Part shown: one piece after another, positions 24,468 through 36,775 of the stretch | How the letters are laid out: each line of letters begins with the position of its first letter | Numbering within the stretch: the first letter of the stretch is position 1 | From: Oculina patagonica | Taxonomy: Eukaryota | Assembly (NCBI RefSeq): GCF_052425735.1 | Contig: NC_135761.1 | Location: 20,336,001-20,400,000 of the forward strand | Direction of reading: 5' to 3' | Length of the DNA stretch: 64,000 nt | Position numbers and translations under genes: made by a program | The notes under the pieces: model-generated | The model's database searches: none | Seen by the model: only the letters and a program-made list of their open reading frames with translations | Told to the model about the DNA's origin: nothing

Positions 24468-27400
24468 ATGGAGAAGTTTATTCAGATGGGAGAAAAGTTT
24501 GGACTCGAAGGAGAAAAGCTGCTGAAATTCGTAAAAGAACAAGAGGAGAAAGAGGAAAGACTTCAGAGAGAAAAAGAAGAGAAAGAGGAGAGACTTCGAA
24601 CACAACAAGAGGAGAAAGAAGAGAGACGTCGACAACAAGCCGAAGAGAGAGACGAGAAACGTCGGCAAGAAGAAGATGAAAGAGAAGCAAGGCGCCAGGA
24701 ACGCGATCTCCGAAAAATGGAAAGGGAAGCGGAACTTTTGAGACAGAGAGAAGCGATCGAAGCCGCGAAAAGACAGCATGAGTTAGATCTAGCACGTTTG
24801 GCGGGAGATGGACATTTCCCCGCACAACCGAACAATAACAAAGAGGAACGAGCCAAGACACCTAAACTACCGTCATTTGTGGACGGTAAGGATGACCTCG
24901 ATGCCTATCTCCAGCGTTTTGAACGGTTTGCGACGAATGCTAAGTGGGAGAAGAATGGTTGGGCTACAAAGCTTAGTGCTCTGTTGACAGGACGCGCCCT
25001 GGATGTTTATTCACGGTTGTCAGAGGAGGCCGCTACGGATTACGATAAAATGAAACTGGCACTGATGAAGAGGTATGATTTAACTGAGGACGGCTACTGT
25101 CGTAAATTTAGAGTATCTAAGCCTGAGATTGATGAAAGTCCTGATCAGTTTGTTGTGCGCTTGAGTACATATCTAATGCGGTGGGTCGAACTCTCTAAGA
25201 CCACTAAGAGCTTTGATGGCCTAAGAGATTTGATAGTCAAGGAGCAATTCATCAATTCATGTCCGAAGGAACTAGCCATTCACTTACGTGAAAGGGCTCC
25301 AGAGACACTGGAACAGATATCCCAGATTGCTGATCAGTACTTACAAGCTCATGGAAAGCACGTGTTTAGTAGTGGACGAAGTAGACCACCAGCCCCGCCC
25401 CAAAAGGATGATGACGCAAAGAAACCGCCCATTCAGCCTAGCCAGGTACAGTGTTACAAGTGCAATGGTCGAGGGCATAAAGCTGCCAACTGTCAAGCCG
25501 TATCAAGGTTGTGTTTCTTGTGTGGAAGGCAAGGACATGAAGCGAGAAATTGCCAAGTGTCTCTCAAAGTGAATTTGCCGAAGGCTGGAGGATCGAGTAA
25601 GCCTCGTGTACCCGCAGCACCACGTGACCAAGTGAGTGCTGGCTGTCTAGTTCAGCCACCCCAGCTAAACGCTACGCCAGAGGAAGTCAAGTCTTGTATT
25701 GAAGAGGATCAGCTCCTTTTAGCCTGTGGAAAAAGGATTCCGTTGCTTAGCAATGCGTGCGTGGAGCCGTTGACTGGAGCTAGAAGCAAGATGCCTGTTG
25801 TAAAGGGTAGAGTGGGTGAAAAGACAGTGGATGTTCTGAGAGACACTGGTTGCAGTGGTATTGTAGTAAAGAAGGAGTTAGTTTCAGAGGAGCAGTACAC
25901 TGGTGACTTCAATTGTATGCTGCTTATAGACAATACTGTGAGAAAAGTACCTATTGCAAAGATCACTGTGGACACCCCTTACCTGTCAGGAGAAGTTGAA
26001 GCACAGTGCCTCCCCAATGCGATCTATGACCTTATCGTTGGTAATGTGCCTGGTGCAAGAGCCGCAGATGACCCAGACCCCAGCTGGCAGGAAGCGTGTG
26101 CCGTGACTACTAGAGGTCAAGCTAAGAAAGCCGGAGAACATACCCCATTGAAGGTACCAAGTTCATCAGAGAGTCCCATAGTAGATAGAGAGAAGCTTAT
26201 GCAGTTGCAGCGTGAGGATGCGAGTTTGAAGAAGTACTGGGACCGCGATGACACTCGAGTGAAGGGTCAAGCTGAGATCTCATTTGAGCAAAAGAGCGGA
26301 GTCCTGTACCGAGTTTACAAGCACCCGTACGTAAATAGTGGAAAGCCAGTGAGACAAGTTCTGGTTCCAACCCCGTTGAGACGCCAAATCATGGATGTAG
26401 CTCACGGGTCAATAATGGGTGGACACATGGGCATAAAGAAGACAGCTGACAAAATTCAGGCTGCGTTCTACTGGCCTGGTATCCAAGGAGATGTCACGCG
26501 ACATTGTAAATCCTGTGATGTATGTCAGAAGACCGTACCAAAGGGATCAGTCCCCAAAGTTCCGTTGGAGAAGATGCCGATAATTGACAAGCCGTTTAAG
26601 AGAGTAGCAATCGACCTGATTGGTCCGATAGGCCCGCCAAGCGAGGAAGGTCACAGATACATACTGACGCTCGTGGATTATGCAACTCGATACCCAGAAG
26701 CTGTCCCGTTGGAGAACATTGATACAGAAACCGTTGCAGAAGCCCTAGTAGACATCTTCAGCCGCCTTGGAATACCGGAAGAGATCCTTAGCGATCTGGG
26801 AACACAGTTTGTCTCTGAATGTATGAAGGAGGTAATGCGTCTCTTGAGCATCAAGCAGCTGACGACAACTCCGTACCACCCCATGTGTAATGGTATGACC
26901 GAAAAGTTTAATGGATCACTGAAGTTAATGCTGAAAAGATTGTGCAGTGAGCAGCCAAAGCAGTGGCATCGCTACATCAACCCGCTGCTGTTTGCCTACC
27001 GTGAAGTTCCCCAGGAGTCTACAGGATTTGCACCGTTTGAGCTATTGTATGGGAGAGCTGTCAGAGGACCCATGTACATTCTGAAGGAACTGTGGACGAA
27101 AGAAGTAGAAGAACCAGAAGTAAAGAACAGTTACCAGTATGTCTTCGAGCTGCGCGAGAAGCTAGAAGATACTCTCAACCTTGCCCACAGTGAGTTGCAG
27201 AAATCCCAGCAGAAAGGGAAGCACTACTATGACCGCAAAACGAAGGTCCGCAAGCTCCAGCCAGGGGACAAGGTACTTGTATTACTGCCAACTGACCACA
27301 ACAAGTTGCTAATGCAGTGGAAAGGCCCTTTTGAAGTCAGCGCTGTTGTAGGCCTTAACGATTACAAGGTCAAAGTCAAGGGCAAAGAGAGAGTTTACCA

Positions 27401-28940
27401 TGTCAACCTCCTCAAGAAGTATTTTGAGCGAGAGGAGCCAGCAGAAGTGTCAGCGGTGGCAATTGAGGCTGAGACTGAGGAGACAGACGTTGAAGCCGAC
27501 TTCCTGGAGATTGGAGGATATGTACCGAAGGAGTCTATCCGTGACGTGACTACAGGACCCAATCTTAGAGATGACCAAAGAGATGAGTTTATGGACTTGG
27601 CACACCAGTTCTCAAGTCTATTCACCGAAGCGCCTGGTACCACGAACTTGGTTCAGCACCACGTCAAGCTTACGTCAGAGGAGCCAGTCAGATCTAAGCC
27701 GTATCCTGTTCCGTACAGCCTCAGAGAATCTCTTAAGGAGGATATTAACGATATGATTAAGATGGGCGTGGTCAGAGAATCTAATTCGCCGTATTCGTCA
27801 CCCGTTGTTGTTGTGAAGAAAAAGGATGGGACGAACAGGGTATGCGTTGATTACAGAAAGTTAAACAAGCTAACTGTATTTGATCCTGAACCAATGCCAA
27901 CTGCAGAGGAGCTTTTCCAGAAATTAAACGGTGACAAGTACTTTTCGAAGATTGACCTTAGCAAAGGATACTGGCAGATAACCATACCGGAGGAAGACAT
28001 CCCGAAGACAGCCTTTGTAACGCCCGATGGGTTGTATGAGTTCTTGAAAATGCCATTTGGGATGGTTAATTCCGCAGCAACCCTTAAACGCGCCATGAAA
28101 AGATTACTGAAGGATCTGCCAAACGTCGAATTCTACTGGGACGATATCCTAGTCCACACCCGTACGTGGGAGGAGCATCTCGAAGCCCTTCGTGAGCTAT
28201 TCAAGCGACTACTACAGTTCGGGATGACAGTCAGACCAAGCAAGTGCATTTTTGGCGTAGACAGTGTTGAGTTTCTTGGTCATCAGTTGCAGTGTGGTCT
28301 AGTAGGACTTCATGAGGATAACGTGGCTAAGATTAGAGACGCCCCAAGACCTAGCACCAAGAAGCAGATCCGTTCGTTTATGGGATTGGCCGGATACTAT
28401 CGAGATTTCATCCCAAATTTCGCTGCAGTGGTAGCTCCCCTCTCGGACCTAACACGCAAGGGCCAGCCAAACAGAGTGGAGTGGGGTGAAGCCCAGGAGA
28501 GAGCCTATCAGTCAGTCAAGGCACACCTTACAAGCACGCCAATTCTGCATCTTCCTGATCCTAGCAAGACGTACTACTTGAGAACTGACGCATCAGATAA
28601 TGGCATTGGCGCTGTTCTAATGCAAGAGCATGAAGGAAAGCTGTTTCCAGTTTGTTACGCTAGCAAGAAACTGTCCAACGCGGAGCGGAATTATTCTACT
28701 ATCGAGAAGGAGTGTTTAGCCATTATGTGGGGGATCAAGAGATTTCACCTATACTTGTATGGAGTACGTTTTGTACTGCAGACAGATCACGAGCCTCTCA
28801 AGTACATGAACAGTGCTAAGTTCGTGAACAGTCGCCTTATGCGCTGGGCGATCTTTCTTCAGAGCTATAACCTGAAGGTTGAAGCTATCAAGGGATCAGA
28901 CAATGTTGGAGCAGACTACCTGAGCCGAGTGGTTGAGTAA
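24468..28940 (+). CDS. Gmr1-like Ty3/gypsy gag-pol polyprotein (gag/SCAN-like, 2 CCHC, PR, INT, RT, RNase H), 1490 aa, intact
   Basis: Zinc knuckles CYKCNGRGHKAANC and CFLCGRQGHEARNC; protease RDTGCS; integrase H..H..CKSCDVC, IDLIG/SDLGTQF/EKFN and KGPF; then RT YWDDIL; RNase H TDAS/EKECLA/TDH/ADYLSR. Confidence 0.95.
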   Translation: MEKFIQMGEKFGLEGEKLLKFVKEQEEKEERLQREKEEKEERLRTQQEEKEERRRQQAEERDEKRRQEEDEREARRQERDLRKMEREAELLRQREAIEAAKRQHELDLARLAGDGHFPAQPNNNKEERAKTPKLPSFVDGKDDLDAYLQRFERFATNAKWEKNGWATKLSALLTGRALDVYSRLSEEAATDYDKMKLALMKRYDLTEDGYCRKFRVSKPEIDESPDQFVVRLSTYLMRWVELSKTTKSFDGLRDLIVKEQFINSCPKELAIHLRERAPETLEQISQIADQYLQAHGKHVFSSGRSRPPAPPQKDDDAKKPPIQPSQVQCYKCNGRGHKAANCQAVSRLCFLCGRQGHEARNCQVSLKVNLPKAGGSSKPRVPAAPRDQVSAGCLVQPPQLNATPEEVKSCIEEDQLLLACGKRIPLLSNACVEPLTGARSKMPVVKGRVGEKTVDVLRDTGCSGIVVKKELVSEEQYTGDFNCMLLIDNTVRKVPIAKITVDTPYLSGEVEAQCLPNAIYDLIVGNVPGARAADDPDPSWQEACAVTTRGQAKKAGEHTPLKVPSSSESPIVDREKLMQLQREDASLKKYWDRDDTRVKGQAEISFEQKSGVLYRVYKHPYVNSGKPVRQVLVPTPLRRQIMDVAHGSIMGGHMGIKKTADKIQAAFYWPGIQGDVTRHCKSCDVCQKTVPKGSVPKVPLEKMPIIDKPFKRVAIDLIGPIGPPSEEGHRYILTLVDYATRYPEAVPLENIDTETVAEALVDIFSRLGIPEEILSDLGTQFVSECMKEVMRLLSIKQLTTTPYHPMCNGMTEKFNGSLKLMLKRLCSEQPKQWHRYINPLLFAYREVPQESTGFAPFELLYGRAVRGPMYILKELWTKEVEEPEVKNSYQYVFELREKLEDTLNLAHSELQKSQQKGKHYYDRKTKVRKLQPGDKVLVLLPTDHNKLLMQWKGPFEVSAVVGLNDYKVKVKGKERVYHVNLLKKYFEREEPAEVSAVAIEAETEETDVEADFLEIGGYVPKESIRDVTTGPNLRDDQRDEFMDLAHQFSSLFTEAPGTTNLVQHHVKLTSEEPVRSKPYPVPYSLRESLKEDINDMIKMGVVRESNSPYSSPVVVVKKKDGTNRVCVDYRKLNKLTVFDPEPMPTAEELFQKLNGDKYFSKIDLSKGYWQITIPEEDIPKTAFVTPDGLYEFLKMPFGMVNSAATLKRAMKRLLKDLPNVEFYWDDILVHTRTWEEHLEALRELFKRLLQFGMTVRPSKCIFGVDSVEFLGHQLQCGLVGLHEDNVAKIRDAPRPSTKKQIRSFMGLAGYYRDFIPNFAAVVAPLSDLTRKGQPNRVEWGEAQERAYQSVKAHLTSTPILHLPDPSKTYYLRTDASDNGIGAVLMQEHEGKLFPVCYASKKLSNAERNYSTIEKECLAIMWGIKRFHLYLYGVRFVLQTDHEPLKYMNSAKFVNSRLMRWAIFLQSYNLKVEAIKGSDNVGADYLSRVVE

Positions 28941-29040
28941 GAAGGACAAATCTAAGACACTGGACTACCCCCAATTCTGTAAAGTCAATTTTTCGTTATT
29001 ATTGAGAAATGTTTGCAAATTTCTTTTCAAGAGGGGGTTA

Positions 29041-29321
29041 TGTTACAAAAAATTGTGTTACTTCCGAAACTGAGCGTGACATTGTTCGTGACATTGTCCA
29101 TGTGACGTATTTTCCCACGAGGATGTTTATTTTTAGACTTTCGCTTAGGTCACGTGATAGAGACTTTCCGGAGAAGAACTTGAGACGAGAAGTGTTTTTG
29201 GAGTTGATTGTCGAAGGGTGCGACATGTTAAGCTGGAATTAAGTAAAATTGTTGTGTTACCGAGAATCCTGCGTTCAGTCTGGTAAACGTTTACTTCACC
29301 AAACCGAATCCATTCGTAACA
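29041..29321 (+). mobile_element. 3' LTR (281 bp) of the Gmr1-like element, preceded by a polypurine tract
   Basis: PPT aagaggggg ends 3 nt before TGTTAC (29041), and the element ends GTAACA (29321), giving a 6-bp terminal inverted repeat. Confidence 0.8.
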
Positions 29322-29570
29322 AATACAAACGACTGCACTCAACAGACGTCAAGTAGTGGAAAGAAAGAAACATATGCACACAACTCATAGCATCAATCCC
29401 GTTGTTTTAGTAGGGGTTTGCAGAACGAACATGTGCTATACTGCAAAAACATCTCCACGCTAAAACAGACCATAGAGTGCTCAAAAAAGCTAGAAATATG
29501 CCGTCGAAGAAACACACAAGAGCTTCAAACACAAATTGTTTCGCTCGCTAAACCGTTTAGTTTTATCCGA

Positions 29571-29863
29571 TTTACAAGCGCTTGTTTTACAAGTCCGCGT
29601 TCTACAAGTCCGTGCTTAACAAGCCCTCGTTTTACAAGTCCGCGTTTTACAAGTCCGCGTTTTACTAGTCCGCGTTTTACAAGTCCGCGTTTTACTAGTC
29701 CGCGTTTTACTAGTCCGCCTTTTACAAGTCCGCGTTTTACCTGAGTCCGCGTTTTACTAGTCCGCGTTTTACAAGTCCGCGTTTTACTAGTCCGCGTTAT
29801 ACTAGTCCGCGTTTTACAAGTCCGCGTTTTACTAGTCCGCGTTTTACTAGTCCAGTCCAGTCC
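29571..29863 (-). repeat. 15-bp tandem array (GCGTTTTACWAGTCC)x~19 ending in ccagtccagtcc
   Basis: Directly visible. It generates the spurious FTSPR/VKRGL/SKTRT ORFs. Confidence 0.9.
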
Positions 29864-31441
29864 TCGAAATACAGTATGCCAAAACTCCCCGCCCTCTAAA
29901 GATAAGTCCTTGACGGTTCTTGTCGTTTTTCGGTGCCTATTCATCTTCGGCATCTTTCTCATCCACCTCTCGTTCTGTCCTGTGTCTGTCATCACACGAA
30001 AGAAAAGCTGATTCTCAAAAAATCTGCCACAAAAGGAAATTGACAAAAACAATATGAAAACCATATATCGAAAGTTTCTTATTCTAAAATTTTATCATAC
30101 GTCTTAATTCAGAGCTACAAAGAAGTTCCTCCTTTTGAGTTATTGATACTGTTCTTACAGTACCTCTTTCCACTAGCGAAATTTTACAAAATTTCTTCGC
30201 GGCGAAAAGGTAGCGCGAATCCAGAACAGACTCCAATCGAGAGTAGGTTAATTCTAGATTACTATTAATTAACTATTACAACATTCATTTTTAAAATAGT
30301 TTCCCAAGCCGACTAAGCTAACTAAACGTCGAGTGTATCTTTCAGTAAACAAAACATGCCGTTATGACGCCGGAAATCCAGCTCACGCATACTATACCCC
30401 GTTACTCACGCAAACCTCCGACTTACTGCTACTACAGTCATTCCTTTCTAAACATTTTTTTTGACCACCACCGTACCTTTTTACCCAAAAAACTCATGAA
30501 ACCGCCCGGTTTTAACCTGTTTTAACCTTTCAAAAATTAGAGCGTTCGAAACTAAATAAGATCTGTAATCACAAACAACATACAGCCGTTTACCAGCACT
30601 CTTTAAAACTCCTGAAACCCTTCAAAATCAGGCAAAATAAATCTTTGAAATAACCTTTATCAATGTTTCTTATTTTTTATTCAGTTCTGTAAAATGCCTT
30701 TCATACACTACTGTCAAACAAAAATTTCAATTTCCTCAAAGTTTCAAGACAAAAGAATAACAAACATTTCGTGCACAATGTAATTTTATTAAGCCAATAT
30801 TATCACGTCTAAAAATACTTCAAGCAATTCAGTGAAAACCCGTTTTTTTCGTATCAACGAAAACCACTTTCGAATAATCAATACATGAAAATAACAATAA
30901 GATCAAAAGGAAGAAAGGAACCTTTCTAATTATTTGAAGACTTTCAAAGCCGTGATATTATGCATCCAATCCGCGATAAAATTTAATTACAATAAAATCC
31001 AAGTTCTCATTTTGAAGTCCATTTTTTTCAGTTGATACCTTTATCCAACTTGTGAAAAATTCCATTCAAGTTCCTATTAATACTGTACATTCCCAATGTT
31101 TTGCTCGGGTCTTCAGAAGCGTCTTACTAACCAAATCTAAAATAATTCCAAAACATGCTGTACAAACATTCTACTCTTTGTGACAAACGACTTGACGACC
31201 AATTGTTCAGAAATGAAAATCGACACAGTTCTTGCTAAATAAAAAAAAAGTTTTACGGCGGAGTCAGGCTCAAAAAATATACCGCAAGATCACACCCCCA
31301 TTCATAGTCAGAAACCAGCAAACCATCTAGTTTGCTAAAAAAAAAAACACTGCGTGACATCAATGACGTTACCTTTTTCATTTACAAAAATAACTTTAAC
31401 TTGTCAAAGTAAGTGCAATTTCACAATGGTGAATATCAGTA

Positions 31442-32492
31442 CAGTATGGGGCCCTGTTCTCGGCCGGGCCAGTTCTCGGCCACTTTGTGTTTAACGCGTT
31501 TTTTCACACTCCAGTTGAATTAAAAGAAAAAGGTATTTCCTTCAAACGATAGACTGATTCGTGTGCTTTAAGTATCTTGAGTTTGATCGTTCAATTCGAT
31601 ATAGAAAGCTCACACGCCGAGTTTACGCGGAGGTAGGTGAATTTGCATTCCCGAAAAATTTGTTTGTTTACGGCTCCTTAAAATTCATGGTGTAGTTAAA
31701 TTCGTATTTTATCCAAAAGCCCCCACCATACGAGCTAATATTTGGCATGTCAAACGTAGAATAATTCAGCTTTCTGCTTTAGTTAACTTTTCGTTGAACC
31801 GTTGTATTTTTTGGTCTTAATTTACTTCGAAATTTTTTCTTGCGACGTTTGCGTATTTGCCAGTTCTCGGCCACCCTGCTCGCTATCACAGCTTAGCGCT
31901 TGGTTTTTAATATAATTTCATCTGCTGCTGCCAGAATGAAAGAAATAAATGTTTTAAAAATAAAGTTCAATCTTATCTCTAAGTTTTGAGCTGACTCTTG
32001 TCTTGTCTATTATTTCTACAACACCTAAATCTTTCAAGACCTTTTCACTGCAAAATAAACCATCTAAATGCACGGGTCACACAATGCGGTTTTGCCAGAA
32101 CCTGCACATAGGCATCTAGGCGCGTTAAAATCCTTCTTTTCTAAAGTAAAACAGAGCCTCATAAAAATAATTTGGGATCGATATAACATAAATAGGTTTA
32201 CAGAGTGCTTTTATGACTGTGAAAATTAATTGAGCATTTTTTTTACAGATAATCACGCACAAGCTTTTTAGTGGCCGAGAACTGGGCCAAGGTGGCCGAG
32301 AACTGGGCCCACAAATGGAGCTTTTATTTTTATTATTGCTCGGGCAAATTAATTTTTGACCGGTCGATAGCTTTACACCAAAAAGCTGAATAATGTAGCT
32401 AGCTCTGGGAGAAATTTCAAGTTCCTGCGGTTCTTCTGAGGTAAGAAATACAAGTTTACGTCAAAAGTGGCCGAGAACTGGGCCCCGTACTG
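31442..32492. mobile_element. Tc1/mariner-pogo-type non-autonomous element, TA TSD
   Basis: TA|cagtatggggccc..ccagttctcggccact ... agtggccgagaactgggccccgtactg|TA, with internal copies of the ccagttctcggcc motif. Confidence 0.8.
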
Positions 32493-32923
32493 TACTTTGC
32501 CCCGTAAGCTTTTTTCTCTGTCCTTCCGCCGAAGCAAAAAAACACAACCTGATTACACATTAACCCAAAAGTCGACCAAGTGTGCCTGCAACGATTTCCT
32601 GTCAAAACTAAAATGAAAACCATTGCGGTATGCGTCACCCGTAGCGGTTTTGTAGCAACCCCAAGCTATCCCCGTCTTTTTGGCCGACAGGAGACTATGC
32701 TCTAGGACGACCAAAGGGTAAACTATAAATCGGCCACGCCCGATTAATAAGGTTTCATTTTAACACATAGATTATTATGAAAGTTTTTATAAATGTTATT
32801 TTCCTTTTAAATTTTATCTCATTAATCTCATATCTTAAGCAGGTTCGTTTTGATTTAAATTTCATTTAAAAAGCCTCTTCCGAAAAGAAAACTATCTTTC
32901 TGTTATACGGCTTAATCAGTCAA

Positions 32924-33401
32924 TATATACTACTTATTAACCGAGAGTGAGGTCATTACAGGGGAATCTCAGACCGAGGCCTTGATGTATTGACCGAGGG
33001 ACAGCGAGGTCAATACATCAAGGTCGAGGTCTGAGATTCCCCTGTAATGACCGAACGGACGAGGTTAATAAGTTATTTATTATATGGCCTTTAAGCACTA
33101 TTAAAAAAAGAGTATAATCAAAGGAAAAAACACTGGAGGTAAAACTCGCTCTCTGTGGCTCTCTTCGTCGCTCATACTAAAGAAGTATCGGTATGCTTAT
33201 ATTTTTCTTTCAGTTATTGAAAAGATAATTATATTTTTCCGGCATTTTTTGTTGTTTTTGCCCCCTCGCTAGTAGCTTTTACTCACAACTCAAAAAACCG
33301 TCGAGCCGTGAAAAATTTTTTATAATGCCCGGTCATTACAAGAAAATAATGCCCGCTCAGCAGCCAATCAGAGCGCGCGTACAATGGTAGCCATATAATA
33401 A
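32924..33401. mobile_element. Hairpin-bearing non-autonomous repeat in intron 2 of copy 4
   Basis: A ~45-bp-arm hairpin at 32951-33052, ending cagccaatcagagcgcg...ccatataataa. Absent in copy 7 intron 2. Confidence 0.7.
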
Positions 33402-36400
33402 TTTGGATTATTAATTAAGTGCTTGTGTAACTTCTCTTTTTGCGATATTTCGCACCAGCTTTAACAAGACCCTCGACTTACCTTGACAGGGGAAAAAACC
33501 GTCTTTACGATAGGCCTGCTTTTAAGCATCAGCCACAACTAAACGCCACTAAATATCTCAGTTTTCCAACTTACACTGAACAGTTAGTTTCGCCGAGGCG
33601 TTTACTTGTCCCAGCAAATTTTCAGCTTTGCAGCTGTAAACTCCTTCGTCTCCAGGTCTAACGTCCTTGACAATCAGAGTACCACTGGACTCTACCACGT
33701 AACGACCCACAGGAAGCGATGAATTGAGCTTCGACCACGTGACTTTTGGACTTGGATTACCATCCGCTGTACATTTTAAAATGGCTGTGTGACTTTCATT
33801 GACTGTCGTTCCAACAGGACGCTGCAGCAGAGATGGAGCCGAGATGGACCTGCCCGGTTCACCCTTGTCGCCTTTTATACCCGGCGGGCCTCTTGGTCCC
33901 ACAGGACCGGGCTCTCCCGCCACTCCGACATCCCCTTTTATGCCCATCGGTCCTCGAGGACCCATTGGTCCATGTTTACCGGGAGGTCCTTTTGACCCGG
34001 GTCTCCCTGGGGGACCTGGTCTTCCTCTAGGTCCCGGTCTTCCTCGTCTTCCCGTGTTGCCTTTTGGTCCTGTGCGGCAGAGCGTGTGATCTTTAGCACA
34101 GACTTGGTTTTGCAGCAGACCAAATTCGTGTTTAATCAGCAGTCGAACTTCAGAGGCTGTTAGGGTTGATTTCTTTTGTGAATCATCGGGTGAAGAGCGT
34201 TTTTGTCTTGTGATGGTCTCCTCTTTACCTAAAAAATTTAAGCGTTTATAATATAGCTAAATCCACGTGCGGGCAAGATGTGCCCATCTTGCCCGTTCGG
34301 GATTTCCCTTGTCCGTTCCGCAATAAAAATTTCGTTTTTTGGCCATATAATTGATCCTTTATTGGTCAAGCTTGTTGGTCAAGATGGCTTCCTAATGATA
34401 TGGCCTCGTTCCTTTTTCTGCTTTTATTGACTTCGACTTCGTGTCGGACCATAACACGCAAAAATGAATTTGGCTAATATCCAGCCATCTTGACCTCACG
34501 CTTTGGTCAATTAGCCATATTTGTTTACACATCGTTCACTGTGAATCATTCTTTGACATTAAACGGTTTGTATAAAGTAACCTAGCGGTAACGTTTTCCA
34601 CTTTCATTTAACTGAGTCTCGGGCATCGTACCATAAGCCTCTTCGCTTCCTAGCTGTTTAGAGAAGAAGAAAAATCCTCTAAAGGCACCTTCCTGCGTGG
34701 AGCCGGAGAAGGCGCCCCAGAATAGATGACAAATTACACAAGAAATGATACTGTCGTAAAATTAATAAACGAAACAAAACATACCCTTGTTCGCTTGCCA
34801 ATGGCGACTAGTATCCATAACTTGCCTCCTTTCGTAATTTTGTTGTACTTATCGAAGGAGTTTTGTCTCCACCTTATCACAGAATGTTACTGAGTGTGAT
34901 ATCAGTCGATAATGTTCTTGTATTCTGAGTTCCACGTGAACTAGCGCGATACAACACACAACAGACAACAGCAAGCCTGACGCTGAACACAAGCGGTGCA
35001 GTGTTTCTCTTCTCTGCTTCTTCTCTTTATCTTGTTGTTTCATCGTCACGACCGTCTCACCTCAAACTTGCGATGTCAAATTGATGTAAATGGCGTTTTC
35101 TTTACTCTTTAAGCTGCGTACAGATCAGTGCAGTCACTGAGTTGAGGGTCAGTTGAATCGATCGGTGAAAGAACGATATAAAACTGATGGTCCGATTTTC
35201 ACTGACGAGTGAATTTAACACGAATCTTAATGTTGACCAATTTGTGGTTAAAATAGAAGGATGTGTTCGTGCTTGTTGTAGTGATTCACGACAGGAAGTA
35301 TATTATTTTCTTAGTGGGGTCACGTTCATTTACCACTGTATGTAGGCTAATTCCGGTGGGTGTAGGTGTTTAGGGTGAGCGGGGGTGGTGGGGTAAATAT
35401 TATCTAGTCGGCTGGGCAGTTGTATATAACGTCAATGCCAAGTAAATGAGATTAGAAGATTTCTTGTCTCATTGATCATAGCGGGCTTTAGATTTCACAG
35501 GTATTTACTTATTGGAATAATAACTTTGTAGCCCGTCCTTATCTTTATGCTACGCAATACTTGTCTTGCAATAGTTTACTTGACATTCGATCTCTTATAC
35601 ACAATTGACAATAAAGGGGGGAGGGGCGTGATTGTGAGCCAGATTCTTCACAACAACTGAAAGAATTCTCATGCGCTTATTGGTCGGGAGCTATGGTCAA
35701 TGAGAGTATGGGCAGCAAAAATGTTATAACCTGTAACGTAACCCAAGGTCATAGTTGAGAAATAAGCGAGACTTTTTCATGAAAACAGGGATGGCGGAGC
35801 CGGAGGGGCTGGGGGGGGGGGGGGGCTTTAGCCCTCCACTTTTACAGAAAAAAAAAAGGAATTAATAAGAGGAGTCTCTTAAGCCCCCCCCCCCACTTCA
35901 AGTCACTAGTCAGCCCCCCCAGTTGGAAAAATGCTTCGCCGCTCATGGAAAAGGAAACCGGGGAGTTGTTAATCACTGCAATTAGGAGACTTTGAGCTAA
36001 ATTTCAGAGCTTCAAGCAGAGAAAAGTAATCGTTTGCCATCTTTCACACGCACACGCAATTTCGCACTGAGTTCCCTCTCATTCTCTGGTCTTAAAGATT
36101 GACTGAAAATCGGATGTCGGTCGAAACATTATGATTTCGTTCAACGAATAAGAATGAGTAAGTCTTGTTAACACGCGCGCGAAGAGTGAGTGGATTCGAA
36201 CCCATTTACAGGGTCGCTTTAAGCTTCCTTATAATTTTTGAGCACGTACCATCCACAAAGAGGTAAAGCGAGGTCTATGTATTCTCCTTGATGCGTACAT
36301 AGATTTTCAGTGCGCTATACAAAGGTTGAAATAGCGCCTGAGCGATGTTGCTTGCAATGGCGAGTCTAAATAAACTCAGAAAAATGAAAAAAAAAAATAA

Positions 36401-36775
36401 AAGAAACGTTTCGCACTTTATTTCTTCATTTGCAATTGTACGCACTACAGTTTTCCACGGAGCTGTCACTTTATTTTGTCACTAAACTATCCCCCCTTTT
36501 GTTGCTCTTACTCTGAAAAGAAAAGGCTTTAAACATACAGTTCAATTATTCTGATTCCCGCATCCTTTATGCTTCTGGAAGCCATTTTTGCGGGCTTTGG
36601 TATTGCTTTTCTTATTCATGAATTTTCAATTATTTCAATGCTACATTTACAGTTGTGACAAAAAAGATAATGGCCGTTTCGAATATGAGTTTACCATAAC
36701 ATTCTTTTAGTAACAAAAATGTCTACGTATTGTATTGTCCCAATGATTGGGAGTACTGAGCCGATATTTGAATGT

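Larger units (their letters stand above)
21394..35043 (-). pseudogene. Copy 4 (pseudogene); exons 34785-35043, 33575-34228, 21394-22489; intron 2 expanded to ~11 kb by nested insertions
   Basis: AAA>TAA nonsense at 34849-34851 in exon 1. A 43-bp frameshifting deletion near 22023 (relative to copy 7) removes [14 protein letters not shown] of Ig3. Confidence 0.9.

Noticed and set aside
24356-28096. Short ORFs overlapping the gag-pol ORF in other frames or on the other strand
   Set aside because: They are shadows of low-complexity or coding sequence.
29418-30064. ORFs with FTSPR / VKRGL / SKTRT repeats
   Set aside because: They are translations of the 15-bp DNA tandem repeat, with no other coding evidence.
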